Assembly (NCBI GenBank): GCA_029066805.1
Contig: JAIEFT010000013.1
Coordinates: 1,167-65,166 of the forward strand
Origin: Clostridiales bacterium
GTDB taxonomy: Bacteria > Bacillota > Clostridia > Christensenellales > Pumilibacteraceae
DNA length: 64,000 nucleotides
Direction: 5' to 3'
Below the pieces are notes generated by a model, which was not told the DNA's origin, made no database searches, and was given only the letters and a program-made list of their open reading frames with translations. The position numbers and the translations under genes are program-made. Shown here piece by piece: positions 28,403 to 38,846 of this stretch (position 1 is the first letter of the stretch; every line of letters starts with the position of its first letter).

Positions 28403-28927
28403 TTAATAATTTTTTTCGTAATTTTCAATACATTTTTTAATTATTTCTATTGCGTGTTTTTTGTGGCAAATTTCTTTGACCGTTGTTGTTTTGTGCTCGA
28501 GCACTTTGTAGACCTCGAAAAAGTGCATCATTTCGTCGAAAATGTGTTGGGGCAGCTCGTGAATATTTTTAAAGTCCTTATACGTCGGGTCGTTGACCGG
28601 GACGGCTATTATCTTTTCGTCGAGATCGCCGTCGTCAATCATCTTTATCACGCCTATAGGCTCGCAAGTGATCAGCGTCATGGGATAAATTATTTCGTTG
28701 CACAGGACAAGCACGTCCAACGGGTCGCCGTCGTCTGCAAGCGTGCGCGGAATAAACCCGTAATTGGCGGGGTAGACGGTGGAAGTGTACAAAACCCTAT
28801 CCAACCGCAGTAAGCCCGTTTGCTTATCAAGCTCGTATTTTGCCTTGCAGCCTTTCGGAATTTCTATAAGCGCGTCAAATTGCGTTGAGGTAATTCTGTC
28901 TTTGTCGATATCGTGCCAAATATTCAT
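28403..28927 (-). CDS. ppa: inorganic pyrophosphatase (family I)
   Basis: EIPKGCKAKYELDK...YPANYGFIPRTLADDGDPLDVLVL. Start at ATG 28927 behind GGAG. Confidence 0.93.
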   Translation of the reverse strand: MNIWHDIDKDRITSTQFDALIEIPKGCKAKYELDKQTGLLRLDRVLYTSTVYPANYGFIPRTLADDGDPLDVLVLCNEIIYPMTLITCEPIGVIKMIDDGDLDEKIIAVPVNDPTYKDFKNIHELPQHIFDEMMHFFEVYKVLEHKTTTVKEICHKKHAIEIIKKCIENYEKNY

Positions 28928-28999
28928 AAGTAACTCCATTTTGATGTTTTAAAAAGTATATCACAATAATTAATAAATATCAATAATTTTATCAAAAAC

Positions 29000-29035
29000 A
29001 AAAACATCCCCTTTAAAAACAAGGGGATGTTTTTG
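29000..29035. terminator. bidirectional terminator-like hairpin
   Basis: acatcccctt-taaaaac-aaggggatgt flanked by A-runs and T-runs on both strands. Confidence 0.5.
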
Positions 29036-29077
29036 GTGTCGCAACCACGCTGGCTGTAAGCCGCGATTTAATTATAC

Positions 29078-29093
29078 TACAGATATATCTGTA
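29078..29093. promoter_or_regulatory. candidate operator upstream of the XRE gene
   Basis: Perfect 16-bp palindrome TACAGATATATCTGTA, 58 nt upstream of ATG 29151. Confidence 0.5.
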
Positions 29094-29150
29094 AGTAAAG
29101 ACTTTTTACAGAATTTTATGTAACATATTAGAAAAAAGGGAATAGTAATA

Positions 29151-29345
29151 ATGAATTACGGAGAAGCCCTAAAACACCAAAGAGAGATAAGAAATTTAAG
29201 TCAAACGGAGCTTGCAAGAGCGACGGGGCTAAAACAGCAAATGATAAGTCATTGGGAAGCCAATAAAGGATTACCTAATATTGATTTTTGTGTAAGACTT
29301 GCGGAGTATTATGATATAAGCTTAGACGAGCTTGTCGGGCGATAA
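29151..29345 (+). CDS. XRE-family HTH transcriptional regulator (64 aa)
   Basis: LSQTELARATGLKQQMISHWEANKGLP. Confidence 0.85.
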   Translation: MNYGEALKHQREIRNLSQTELARATGLKQQMISHWEANKGLPNIDFCVRLAEYYDISLDELVGR

Positions 29346-29445
29346 GACAAATATAATTTATTATCCTAAAAAATCGAGAAAAAATAGCGCACTATTCTTC
29401 AAAACGAAAATAGTGCGCTACTTGTATATTCAATGCAATAGAAAT

Positions 29446-30327
29446 TTATATTCGCGCGTTTTTGGCGGTTACGGTAAACAAATTGGAAATGTTTTTGTCG
29501 CACAGCCTGGAGAACACCGCTTCGCCGTAGCGGGCGAGCATGTCGTTGGGTGCAAGGTTGGAAGTGATGACGGTGTTTTTCTTCCTGAGCCACCGCTCAT
29601 TTATTATTGTATAAAAATATTCGCGAGTAATATTTTTGAGCACGGTTTCGGTGCCGAGGTCGTCTATCACCAACAGGTCGCACTCAAGCATGGGCGTAAA
29701 CAGGTCGCGGTAATCGTCGATTGCAAATTGCGTGTGGTAGTCCTTGGCGCGCTTTACCATGTCGAACGCGCTGACCGTGACGGTAGCCGCGCCGCGAGAC
29801 AGCATCTCTGTAGCTATCGCCGAGGCGAGCATTGTCTTGCCCGTGCCCGCACTGCCTATAATAATAAAGAAAGGCTTTTTATTGTCGGGATATTCGGAAA
29901 TATATTCCTCTGCCTTTGCGTAAAGCTTGGAAATCGCTTTGGGCGCGGTGGCTTTTGCCGTCGCAAAGTCTACTTGCGGCAAGATCAGATTTTCGGCGTT
30001 AGATTGTATCACGCTTTTAACCACGCACTTGCAATACTTGCCGTTTGCATAACCTGTGTCATGGCACGCCTCGCAGTGGTAGGGCGGATTGAGTATATCT
30101 TTGCTTATCCCCACGCGGCGAGCGTTTTTTTCAAGCTCCTCGCGCGCTTTATCTATATTGTTAGGCAGCTTTTGTGCCTTTTTTACCGCTTCTTCCTGAT
30201 AAAATGCATTGGCGGCGCGAAGCCCCTCGTCGGAAGCGAGCGCTCTGCGCCAAATATCCAGTCCGCTGTCCTTTTCTTCGCGGCGGCGGTCGGTAATTTC
30301 TTTAACTGCGCGTTGGTAGGCATTCAT
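29446..30327 (-). CDS. DnaI/DnaC-like helicase loader ATPase
   Basis: N-terminal Cys cluster CEACHDTG..CKC and Walker A GSAGTGKT; LLVIDDLG. Start trimmed to ATG 30327 (GGAGA SD), because the track ORF reads through repeat 30357-30480. Confidence 0.85.
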   Translation of the reverse strand: MNAYQRAVKEITDRRREEKDSGLDIWRRALASDEGLRAANAFYQEEAVKKAQKLPNNIDKAREELEKNARRVGISKDILNPPYHCEACHDTGYANGKYCKCVVKSVIQSNAENLILPQVDFATAKATAPKAISKLYAKAEEYISEYPDNKKPFFIIIGSAGTGKTMLASAIATEMLSRGAATVTVSAFDMVKRAKDYHTQFAIDDYRDLFTPMLECDLLVIDDLGTETVLKNITREYFYTIINERWLRKKNTVITSNLAPNDMLARYGEAVFSRLCDKNISNLFTVTAKNARI

Positions 30328-30356
30328 TATATTGTGTCTCCTAATTACAGAAGTTT

Positions 30357-30480
30357 TGAAGGGGCAGGCGCGCGTCAGGTGGGCAACAGTTGGCGAGGCG
30401 GTGACGGGAGTGTAGAACCACCTACATGACCAAACCGCCGAACCAAACGTAGCCCGCATCACGCGATGAATGCACCTTCA
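30357..30480 (-). repeat. family A element (124 bp)
   Basis: Minus strand: tgaaggtgcattcatcgcgtgatgcgggctacg...ggtcatgtaggtggttctacactcccg...tgttgcccacctgacgcgcgcctgccccttca. It has terminal inverted repeats. Confidence 0.8.
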
Positions 30481-30483
30481 AAC

Positions 30484-31899
30484 TCAGTCATCATCCTCTG
30501 TGATTCGCGTGAACATACTGTTAAGCTGCTCCTCGGTGTACCGCTCGAATACCACGCCCGTAGGCGCGGTCGGCTGTTGCGTGTTGCCCGTCGGCGGGGC
30601 GGCGGACTTGGCTTTGCTCACCTCGGTAATTCCGTCGTTATGCCAAGATTGAAGAACGGCGTTTATGTACGCGAATGGGTTGGCTTTGTCTGCGGAAATC
30701 TCGGCGGCGTAGTCGATAAGCGCCTGCGGCATTGCCCACTTTTCCGCCCAGTTTGCGTAGTACGCGCGCTGAATATCCTTGACCGCGCCCTTAATATTAA
30801 GAGTTTTAAACAGTTTTTCTATTTTCGCGTCGAACCGATTTTCGTGGTCAACGCTATCGCGCACCTGCTTTTCGGTGGTAAGTCCGCGCTCGAACAGGTC
30901 GCGGATAACTGCGTCGAGGTCGGATAACCGCTTGATGTCCTTTCTCATGCAATAATCGGCCGCGGCTATGATAGCGTTCGGCTCGAAGCCGAGACCGAGC
31001 CACGGCTTGATATACGCGGTGATTTCGGGATCTACGTTATCATAGTATAATCCAAGTGCCTTATTCACGGCTTTGGTCAGCTTGTACAGGTTTTTGCGGT
31101 CTTCCTCGTACTTGTCTATCTGTTCGGCGGTGGTAAGCCCGAGCTCGTAGTAACCCGTCAGCTTGGCGTCTATTGCCGCCGCCCCGCCGCGCTTTACGTT
31201 TTGCGCGACGTGGTAAATGACGTCCTTGTCGAATTTGTAAGTCATTTTCCATTTTTTATAGAACTGAACCGCTTCGTGATCGGGGTGCTTTCCGCCGAGC
31301 ACGCGGAGTAGCTCGTTATAGTAAACGCCGTATTCGTCAAGTCGTTCGCCCACGTCGTCGAATGTGCGGTAGCCGTCGGCGGCGAGGTTGCGCGCAACTG
31401 TGGTTATGTACGGGCAGGACACGTTGTCGCCCTTTAGGTCTACGCAGTACTTGACTATAAGCACCATCGCTTGCCATTCGAGGTCGAGCTTTTCCATGAG
31501 CGCGTAATATTCGTTGTATTCGTTTGGCGAGATTTGCCGCGCGGCGATATATAATTGTGCTTGACGGTTGAACTCGCGGTACTTATCCACGTCGTATTTT
31601 TTTATTTTGGGACGGGCGTTGCGCGGCGAGAAATAGCAGATATCGTCGCCAAGCCTGGACATAAGTCCTTGCTCCGTCCAGTAATCGATAGCGGCGGATA
31701 CCGTATGCTCGTCCAAATCCAAGCGGCGCGCAAGCCTATCGACGCTGTCGTCGGCGTCGCTCTTGCGCGCGGCGAGCGAAAGTCCGTAAAGGTAGACCTT
31801 TACGTAATCGCCGTCGGCGTACGGCATATACTCGACAATGAATTTATTTTCGACGGTGATAGCGCCGTCAAGACTTGCTTCCGACGACAGTTTAAACAT
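30484..31899 (-). CDS. replication initiation and membrane attachment protein (Bacillus DnaB-type, DnaD-domain)
   Basis: 471 aa directly upstream of the loader, as in the Bacillus dnaB-dnaI operon as I recall it. Repeated DnaD/DnaB_2-like helical segments. Confidence 0.7.
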   Translation of the reverse strand: MFKLSSEASLDGAITVENKFIVEYMPYADGDYVKVYLYGLSLAARKSDADDSVDRLARRLDLDEHTVSAAIDYWTEQGLMSRLGDDICYFSPRNARPKIKKYDVDKYREFNRQAQLYIAARQISPNEYNEYYALMEKLDLEWQAMVLIVKYCVDLKGDNVSCPYITTVARNLAADGYRTFDDVGERLDEYGVYYNELLRVLGGKHPDHEAVQFYKKWKMTYKFDKDVIYHVAQNVKRGGAAAIDAKLTGYYELGLTTAEQIDKYEEDRKNLYKLTKAVNKALGLYYDNVDPEITAYIKPWLGLGFEPNAIIAAADYCMRKDIKRLSDLDAVIRDLFERGLTTEKQVRDSVDHENRFDAKIEKLFKTLNIKGAVKDIQRAYYANWAEKWAMPQALIDYAAEISADKANPFAYINAVLQSWHNDGITEVSKAKSAAPPTGNTQQPTAPTGVVFERYTEEQLNSMFTRITEDDD

Positions 31900-31916
31900 G
31901 TACGCGCCTCATTTGC

Positions 31917-31945
31917 TTGAATTATTTTCGGATTTGTATTATAAT
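31917..31945 (+). promoter_or_regulatory. sigma-70-type promoter of sbcDC
   Basis: TTGAAT, 17 nt, TATAAT. Confidence 0.6.
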
Positions 31946-32026
31946 ACCACTAAACAAAAAAATTATCAACAGTTTTTTTCATAATAGGATTGCACAAAAC
32001 GAGCGGACAAAGAGGAGATACCTAAA

Positions 32027-33235
32027 ATGAAAATTTTGCACACCGCAGACCTGCACTTGGGAAAAAAGCTAAACAAAGCGGCGCGATTAGACGAGCAGTG
32101 CGACGTAATTAAACAGCTGTCCGAAATTGCAGATACCGAGGAAGTCGACGTCGTGCTGATTGCCGGCGATATATTTGACACGTCCGTTCCGACCTCGGAG
32201 GCAGAACGCGTGTTTTACCGCAGTATACTTACGCTTGCCGAACGTGGAAGAGCGGTTATTGCGCTTGCCGGCAACCACGACGACGAGCGCAGACTGTGCG
32301 CCGCCAAGCCGCTTGCCGATCTTCAGGGCATTGTGCTTGCGGGCGAGCTGGACTATTCCGCGCTCGGCGAGGAAACTCTGTCCGATCCCACGCCGCCGCC
32401 GTCGCTGTTCGGACTGTTCGACGCGGCGGACTACATACAAAAACAGCGGATAAAGATAGTCGGGCGTTACGGCGGCGTAACGGTAGTAAAGGGTGACGAA
32501 AAGGTGAATATCGCGCTAGTCCCGTACCCCGCGGAATCGCGGCTGTCGCGCTGGGCAAAACAGGACTACAGTATCGACTATTCCGACCGTGTAAAGCAAA
32601 CGCTTGTTTCCGCTTGCGAGTTCTTTGACGATAACTATAATATATTGTGCACGCACTTGTTTTTGAGCAAGTCGGAAGTGGCGGAATCTTTAGGCGGGCT
32701 TGTGTCCCTGCCCGTAAGTGTTCTGCCCGAAACCGCGGACTATGTTGCGCTAGGGCACGTGCACAAGCACTTCCGTGTGAGCAAGCACCCGCTTGCCGAG
32801 TACAGCGGGTCGCCGCTTCAGTACGCGTACGACGAGGGCAGAACCAAATCAGTCAATATTATAGACACGCAAAAGCGAACTGTATCGCAGGTCGTACTTA
32901 CCGCGGGCAAGAACTTGACCGAAACGGACGCGGACAACTTTGACGAATGTATGCACAAGCTGGATTTTTACTCGGGCGATTATGTGCGGTTAAAGTACAG
33001 CGGCGAGCCGCTCACCCGCGACGAAACGGCGCAGATCCGCTCGCACCCCGCGTTCAACGATTTGGTGATTACGGCGACGTTGCGCGGCGAAGCCAAGGTC
33101 GAACGGCGCGCGCACCTATCGGACGCGGAAATCTTCGACATGTACTACAAGCACAGATACAACGTTGAACCTACTGCGGAATTAAAGGCTGTGTTCGACG
33201 AATTAATGGGAGAACTGAAAAATGAAACCCGTTAA
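32027..33235 (+). CDS. sbcD: exonuclease SbcCD, nuclease subunit D
   Basis: MKILHTADLHLG, IAGDIFD, GNHDD, LGHVH phosphoesterase motifs. Confidence 0.92.
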   Translation: MKILHTADLHLGKKLNKAARLDEQCDVIKQLSEIADTEEVDVVLIAGDIFDTSVPTSEAERVFYRSILTLAERGRAVIALAGNHDDERRLCAAKPLADLQGIVLAGELDYSALGEETLSDPTPPPSLFGLFDAADYIQKQRIKIVGRYGGVTVVKGDEKVNIALVPYPAESRLSRWAKQDYSIDYSDRVKQTLVSACEFFDDNYNILCTHLFLSKSEVAESLGGLVSLPVSVLPETADYVALGHVHKHFRVSKHPLAEYSGSPLQYAYDEGRTKSVNIIDTQKRTVSQVVLTAGKNLTETDADNFDECMHKLDFYSGDYVRLKYSGEPLTRDETAQIRSHPAFNDLVITATLRGEAKVERRAHLSDAEIFDMYYKHRYNVEPTAELKAVFDELMGELKNETR

Positions 33236-35978
33236 ACTTACAATAGAAGGCGTAAATTCGTTTATAGAACCGCAGACTTTGGACTTTGAGGCGGTGGGGC
33301 GGAGCAATCTGTTTTGCATAAGCGGCAAGACAGGCGCGGGCAAGACAACCATATTCGATTGTATCATGCTCGCGCTGTACGGCAAAAGCACCAAGGGCAA
33401 TCTTGCCGACGTGGTCAATCTGTCGCTTATGTCGGCGCGGGTCAACTTGGAGTTTACGGAAAACGGCGAGCTGTACGCTGTAGAGCGCACTATCAAGTGT
33501 CGATTCGACAAGGACGACAACGGCAACAAAACGGACAGGCGCATTGCTATAAGCGATTGCTTGCTGTACAAAAACGGCGCGCCCATAGCCAAGGGCGAGG
33601 AAGCCAACGATATAATTCTCGGCATAATCGGCTTGGAGGCGGCGGAGTTCAAAAACGTGTACCTGCTCGAACAGGGCGAATACGCCGAGTTCCTCAAGAA
33701 AACCCCCGCCAAACAGACCGAAGCGGTGGGCAAGATTTTCTCGCTGATGCGGTTTGGCGACGTGCACAAACTGGCGAGCGACCGCACCCGCGAGCTGGCA
33801 ATAGAAATAACCCGAGTGGAGAGCGATATTGCCGCCATGGGCGACGTAACGCCGCAAGCTTTACGCGAGCAAAAGGACGAGCTTAAAAGCCTGCGCACCA
33901 AAACGACCGCGCTTATTAAGGACAGTGAAGCGCGCGCCGAAAGCTTAGCCGTGCTCGAGAAAACGCGGGACATATACATATCCGCGCGGAGCAAGCAGGA
34001 AAACGTAAAGCAGCTTATGCTGCAAGCGGACGAAGCAAAAAAGCGCGAGTATGCCGCAAAGACGGCGTTAGAGGAATTTGAAAAAGCGCTCGATCCCGCC
34101 GACGAGAATAGACTTAAAGGCCTTCGCGACGAGCTTAACAAGCTTTCCGCGCTCAATCAGATAGACAAGGAATACGCCGCTACGGTGGCGCAAATAAATT
34201 CGCGTAGCTTAGCGATAGAGAAAAAGCGCGAGGCTGTTGCCGCCGCGCAAAAACGCTTACAGCAGATTTCGGACAGAAAGCAAGCCGACGAACAAGCTTT
34301 TGCGGATAAATTCGGCGATTTTATAGCGCTGTCGGGCGCAGTCGAACGGAAATCGGATACACTAAAAGCCGTTGTGTCGGATTTTGAAAGCGGAAAGAAC
34401 GCGGCGGCGGACATCGCCGAAGCGCAGTACAGGCTTATGGACGAGCGCAAGACCTACAAGGATATGCAAGAGCGGCAAGCAAAGCTCAAGCAGTTGCTTG
34501 ACGAAACTTGCCGCGAATGCGAAAAGCGGCTCGGCATTATCGAGCGGTACGCTAAGGAAAACGAGAGTATCGCGGAGCGACTTGCGGCGGCGGTGCGGAC
34601 GGTTGACGAGGCGCGAAAAAGGCTTGGCGAGGCGCAGCTGCATTCGCACGCGGCGGCGGTGCGAGCAGAGCTCCATGCGGGCGATACGTGTCCCGTGTGC
34701 GGCGGAGCGTACGACGGTGAAAGTCATGGTGCGACCGACGCCGACGTAGAGCAATGCAAGGCGGCGCTTATTAAAGCCGAAGCCGAGCAAAAAACGGTGG
34801 CTGCGCAAAAAACCGAGTGCGAAAAGCACCATGAGCGCGCCAAAACCGATTATGAAGGCGCGGAAAAATCACGGCAAGCCACGCAAAACGATTTGTCGGA
34901 GATAGAAGAACAAATGAGCTCATCCTGCGTTTTGCCCGAGGTTTACGACGGACTGATAAAAACACTGGGCGAAACCAAGGCGGCGGCGGAAAAATCGCGG
35001 CAGTCGGCGGAGCAGCTGCTAAAGCAAGGATCGGAGGCGACGGTGCTGAAAACCGAGCTGGACGGGCTTGTAGCGGCAGAGGAAGAGCTGAAAAGAAAGG
35101 CGGAATCGTTCCGCACACAGCTCGGCGAAAACTGCGGCAACACCGACGGTAAAATATCCGGCGTTAAGAGCGAAATAGAAAGCTTGGAAAAAAAGTTTAA
35201 CGAAACCGACAGTGTGCGCAAGCGGCTGACGGGCGACGTTACGGCGGCGACGTCGGCGGTCATGGCGATAGAAAGCTCGCTTTGCTCGGCAAAGGCGGAG
35301 TGTCCCGTGGATATGCCGGAGTTTGACGAAGGGACTTACGCCGCGATGCGCGAGGAGAGCGATAGGCTTAAAAAGCAGATTGCGGAAAACGAAAAAGACA
35401 TAGCTGTCAAAGAAATAACGATAGCTACGCTGACCGAAAAGTGCGATAGGCTTGCAGAACTAAAAAAGAACTGCGACAATCTGAAAAAGCGTGCAGGTTT
35501 GTACGACAAGATAGCGGAAATCACGCGCGGCAAGGCTATGCTCAACTACGTAGCCGCCGAATACATAGCCGAGTTTACTTTGGTAGCGGGCGAGATACTA
35601 AACGATCTGTCGAGTGGCAAGTACACAATGAGCTACGACAAAACCAATGGCTTTGTCGTGTACGATTACCTAAACGAGGGCAAGCCGCGCAAAACGGACA
35701 CTCTGTCCGGCGGCGAGCTGTTTTTGGCGTCGCTGTCCGTTGCGATAGCGATCGCGCGTACGCAAAGCCGCGGCAACAATGCGTTCTTCTTTTTGGACGA
35801 GGGCTTCGGCACTTTGGACGAGGATCTAATAGACGTGGTATACGGCGCGCTCGAGGCGCTTAGTAAGGACTGCTTGGTCGGCGTTATCACCCACGCCGAA
35901 GCGCTTATTTCGCGCATGCCGTTTACAGTGACCGTTGCGGAAGCTACCGACACCTGCGGCAGTCGCATCATTCAATGA
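33222..35978 (+). CDS. sbcC: exonuclease SbcCD, ATPase subunit C
   Basis: Walker A GKTGAGKTT, long coiled coil with zinc hook CPVCGG, signature LSGGE and Walker B FFFLDEGFG. Overlaps sbcD by 14 nt. Confidence 0.92.
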   Translation: MKPVKLTIEGVNSFIEPQTLDFEAVGRSNLFCISGKTGAGKTTIFDCIMLALYGKSTKGNLADVVNLSLMSARVNLEFTENGELYAVERTIKCRFDKDDNGNKTDRRIAISDCLLYKNGAPIAKGEEANDIILGIIGLEAAEFKNVYLLEQGEYAEFLKKTPAKQTEAVGKIFSLMRFGDVHKLASDRTRELAIEITRVESDIAAMGDVTPQALREQKDELKSLRTKTTALIKDSEARAESLAVLEKTRDIYISARSKQENVKQLMLQADEAKKREYAAKTALEEFEKALDPADENRLKGLRDELNKLSALNQIDKEYAATVAQINSRSLAIEKKREAVAAAQKRLQQISDRKQADEQAFADKFGDFIALSGAVERKSDTLKAVVSDFESGKNAAADIAEAQYRLMDERKTYKDMQERQAKLKQLLDETCRECEKRLGIIERYAKENESIAERLAAAVRTVDEARKRLGEAQLHSHAAAVRAELHAGDTCPVCGGAYDGESHGATDADVEQCKAALIKAEAEQKTVAAQKTECEKHHERAKTDYEGAEKSRQATQNDLSEIEEQMSSSCVLPEVYDGLIKTLGETKAAAEKSRQSAEQLLKQGSEATVLKTELDGLVAAEEELKRKAESFRTQLGENCGNTDGKISGVKSEIESLEKKFNETDSVRKRLTGDVTAATSAVMAIESSLCSAKAECPVDMPEFDEGTYAAMREESDRLKKQIAENEKDIAVKEITIATLTEKCDRLAELKKNCDNLKKRAGLYDKIAEITRGKAMLNYVAAEYIAEFTLVAGEILNDLSSGKYTMSYDKTNGFVVYDYLNEGKPRKTDTLSGGELFLASLSVAIAIARTQSRGNNAFFFLDEGFGTLDEDLIDVVYGALEALSKDCLVGVITHAEALISRMPFTVTVAEATDTCGSRIIQ

Positions 35979-36089
35979 TGAATTAAGAATGCAGAATTGG
36001 AGTTTTTTAATCTAATTCTAATATTGTTTATATTTTTCTTTAATATATTATAGATACAATATGGTAGGACTACGAGGTGATTTTTTATC

Positions 36090-36848
36090 ATGTTGACGGC
36101 AAAGGATTACAGACAACGCGCGTGGAACGCGCTAAACGGAAAGTGGGGCGTGGTTGTCATCACATATTTTTTGGTTGCGGTAGTGACCGGACTTTGCGGC
36201 GGGCTTAGCTTTATAGGCGTCGGCGCGATTCTTCTGTTTATACTGGAAGGACCTATCCGGTACGGGCTTTCCGTGCAGTCGTTAAATGCGGTTCGAGGAA
36301 AAACCGTGGACGTAAAAGACGTTATGGCGGCACAGAACAGGTTTGCCGATACGGTTATCGCATACATTATAAACTCAATTTACACGTTTTTGTGGGCGTT
36401 GCTGTTTATAATCCCCGGCATAATCGCGGCGTATTCGTACAGTCTTACATACTACTTGATGATAGACAATCCCAAGCTGACCCCCGACCAAGCGCGCAGG
36501 GAATCCATGCGGCTGATGGTAGGACACAAGTGGGAACTGTTTTGCCTGCACCTTAGCTTTATCGGGTGGATATTGCTTTGTACGCTCACCTTCGGCATAC
36601 TTACGTTTTGGGTCATGCCGTATATGCAAGCTGCCACCGCTGAGTTTTACGACTGCATAATCCCCACGCGCCCGACCGTAGAGTGCGTAAAATCCGAAAC
36701 GCCCGACCCGTTCGAGTCCGACTATGTGGAAGTGAACGACGACGAAAGCGCAAAAACAGACGAGCCGTTCTACGTATTCGAGGAAGAACGACCGCGAAAA
36801 GCCGACGAAAAAGAAAGCTACGACACCATTTCCGACAAATGGGAATAA
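36090..36848 (+). CDS. DUF975-family membrane protein
   Basis: N-terminus AKDYRQRAWNALNGKWG followed by TM segments. Confidence 0.7.
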   Translation: MLTAKDYRQRAWNALNGKWGVVVITYFLVAVVTGLCGGLSFIGVGAILLFILEGPIRYGLSVQSLNAVRGKTVDVKDVMAAQNRFADTVIAYIINSIYTFLWALLFIIPGIIAAYSYSLTYYLMIDNPKLTPDQARRESMRLMVGHKWELFCLHLSFIGWILLCTLTFGILTFWVMPYMQAATAEFYDCIIPTRPTVECVKSETPDPFESDYVEVNDDESAKTDEPFYVFEEERPRKADEKESYDTISDKWE

Positions 36849-36868
36849 AAAACTATTGACAATTAAAT

Positions 36869-36909
36869 AAGGTTGAGATTTTTAGCTTAGAAATCTCAAC
36901 CTTATTTTT
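36869..36909. terminator. bidirectional intrinsic terminator
   Basis: aaggttgagattt-ttagcttag-aaatctcaacctt, then attttta. Lies between convergent genes. Confidence 0.75.
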
Positions 36910-36939
36910 AATTATGCATTCTTAATTCCGAATTCTGAA

Positions 36940-37953
36940 TTATTTATTATATATAGGATATGAGTATACCTTGTCCGCGCCGAAAAGCTTACCCACAAAG
37001 TACTTATTTGCGGACGCCTCGTTGGTGACGACCACGCGGTCGTTTGCTATTGTTATGTCCTCGGAAAATGCCGGAAGCTTGAGCGAACGCAACAGCGTTT
37101 TGCCGCCCAGGTAGTACAGCGGCACTTCCTTTTTTTTCGCGGCTTCGTTCTTTTTGAACGATACCGTTATTTTTGCACCGACGTCGATCGGCGCGGTGTG
37201 ATATTGCAGGTCTGAATCGGCAAGCCCGTAGGAGCGCGACAGCATGTACACGCCGTTCTTGACGGCAAAGCCCTGCACAAGCCCCGTCACCGAAATGCAG
37301 TACTCGGGGTAGGGTTGAGCGCCGTCCGCACTGATCATGCCTTGCTCGTCTAGAGAATAGCACGACACTATAGCCTTGTTATCCTCTTTTTCGGGCGTGG
37401 TGTAGTGGTGAGACTTTTCCGTTTCGTAGTTTCCTGCGCGGTAGAACTCGCCCACGTATAAGTGATTTTCGTCGCTGAAGCAGTATGCGGCGCGGTTATC
37501 GACGGGGATGACCTGCGCCACCGTAACTTTCCCGCCAGAGGCGGCGGCTTTGAGCTTGTCGAGCTCGAGGCGGAGTAGCGTGTTGTCGTTGGCGACGTAC
37601 ACATTATTTTTAGTGCACGCCACGCCGCCCGCGTGTCCTTTTGCGGTCTTGCCGTCAAGATCCGTTACTACAATGCGCTTGAAACCTTCGTTTTTGCCGA
37701 TATACAAAACCACGTTGTTGTCGCCGTCGTAGCCGGTCTGAATATACTCATCGCCGGTGTAGGCAATGCCCTGCGGCGCCCAACCGCTGTTGATTTCGGG
37801 AACGACGCACACGTACTCGCGTTCGTCGCGCGCCTCGCCGTACTTGCCCACGCCGATAAGGAACAGGATAAAGTACAAAATTAAAAATAGGCCTATTATG
37901 CTACCAAGCACTATACCTATTATAATAAGCGTTTTCTTTGCTGTTTTATTCAT
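36940..37953 (-). CDS. membrane-anchored extracytoplasmic protein, function unknown
   Basis: 337 aa with an N-terminal TM (LIIIGIVLGSIIGLFLILYFILFLIGV). The remainder is predicted soluble. Confidence 0.6.
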   Translation of the reverse strand: MNKTAKKTLIIIGIVLGSIIGLFLILYFILFLIGVGKYGEARDEREYVCVVPEINSGWAPQGIAYTGDEYIQTGYDGDNNVVLYIGKNEGFKRIVVTDLDGKTAKGHAGGVACTKNNVYVANDNTLLRLELDKLKAAASGGKVTVAQVIPVDNRAAYCFSDENHLYVGEFYRAGNYETEKSHHYTTPEKEDNKAIVSCYSLDEQGMISADGAQPYPEYCISVTGLVQGFAVKNGVYMLSRSYGLADSDLQYHTAPIDVGAKITVSFKKNEAAKKKEVPLYYLGGKTLLRSLKLPAFSEDITIANDRVVVTNEASANKYFVGKLFGADKVYSYPIYNK

Positions 37954-38139
37954 TTTGCTTTTCCTTTATATATATTATAATTAGTATAGCTCAAAAAGAA
38001 AGATAAAGCAATATTTCCCAATCAAATAATTCTTAATTCTGCATCCTGCATTCTTAATTTAAAAAAACTATTGCCTTTTTCAAAAGTCTATGTTATAATT
38101 ACAACGCTAATAAAACTTTTTACGGAGGAGTTGTTTTTT

Positions 38140-38832
38140 ATGCAATATTCACGCGAAGTACAAAACATGCAATGCGTGGCAAAAGGTTGCAATCACGGAC
38201 CGGCGCCTATTCCCGAAGAGGGCAAGTGGGTTCAAGCCTACGATATCAAGGATATCAGCGGACTTACGCACGGCTGCGGTTGCTGCGCGCCGCAGCAGGG
38301 CACGTGCAAGCTTACGCTTAACATCAAGGATGGCATTATCGAGGAAGCGCTTGTCGAAACGATCGGCTGCTCGGGTATGACGCATTCGGCGGCAATGGCG
38401 GCGGAAGTTCTGCCCGGCAAGACTCTGCTCGAAGCGCTCAACACCGACCTCGTGTGCGACGCTATCAACGTGGCAATGCGCGAGCTGTTCTTGCAAATCG
38501 TTTACGGCAGAAGCCAATCGGCGTTCTCGGACGCGGGCTTGCCCGTAGGCGCGGGACTGGAAGACTTGGGCAAAGGTCTTCGCAGCCAGGTGGGCACGAT
38601 GTATTCCACCAAGCTCAAAGGTCCGCGCTACCTCGAAATGGCGGAGGGTTACGTAACCCGCGTCGCGCTCGACGGCAACGGCGAGATCATCGGTTACGAG
38701 TATGTAAATCTCGGCGTAATGATGAAGCTTGTTTCGGAAGGCGTGTCCGGCAACGAGGCGCTCGAAAAAGCCAAAAAGCACTACGGCAGATTTGAAAACG
38801 CCGCCAAGTACATAGTACCTCGGAATGAATAG
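38140..38832 (+). CDS. NifU/IscU-N-terminal-like Fe-S scaffold-type protein
   Basis: GLTHGCGCCAP..GTCKLTLNIKDGIIEEALVETIGCSGMTHSAAMAAE. Start at ATG 38140 behind GGAGGAG. Confidence 0.7.
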   Translation: MQYSREVQNMQCVAKGCNHGPAPIPEEGKWVQAYDIKDISGLTHGCGCCAPQQGTCKLTLNIKDGIIEEALVETIGCSGMTHSAAMAAEVLPGKTLLEALNTDLVCDAINVAMRELFLQIVYGRSQSAFSDAGLPVGAGLEDLGKGLRSQVGTMYSTKLKGPRYLEMAEGYVTRVALDGNGEIIGYEYVNLGVMMKLVSEGVSGNEALEKAKKHYGRFENAAKYIVPRNE

Positions 38833-38846
38833 TGGAGGATTGAATC

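Noticed and set aside
29332-30429. 365-aa plus-strand ORF.
   Set aside because: It is antisense to the Walker-A-containing DnaI-like gene and runs through the family A repeat. Its translation is Arg/Gly/Val-rich with no motifs.
29151-31899. XRE + DnaD-domain + DnaC-like ATPase read as a prophage replication module.
   Set aside because: There are no other phage genes. The 471-aa initiator followed by the loader matches the host dnaB-dnaI operon layout of Bacillota, and the XRE gene is convergent, not co-transcribed.
33171-35971. Several minus-strand ORFs (33203..34156, 34362..34832, 34771..35118 and others) inside sbcC.
   Set aside because: They are antisense to the coiled-coil region of sbcC. 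Their Ser/Ala/Arg-rich low-complexity products mirror the Glu/Lys/Ala-rich sense strand.
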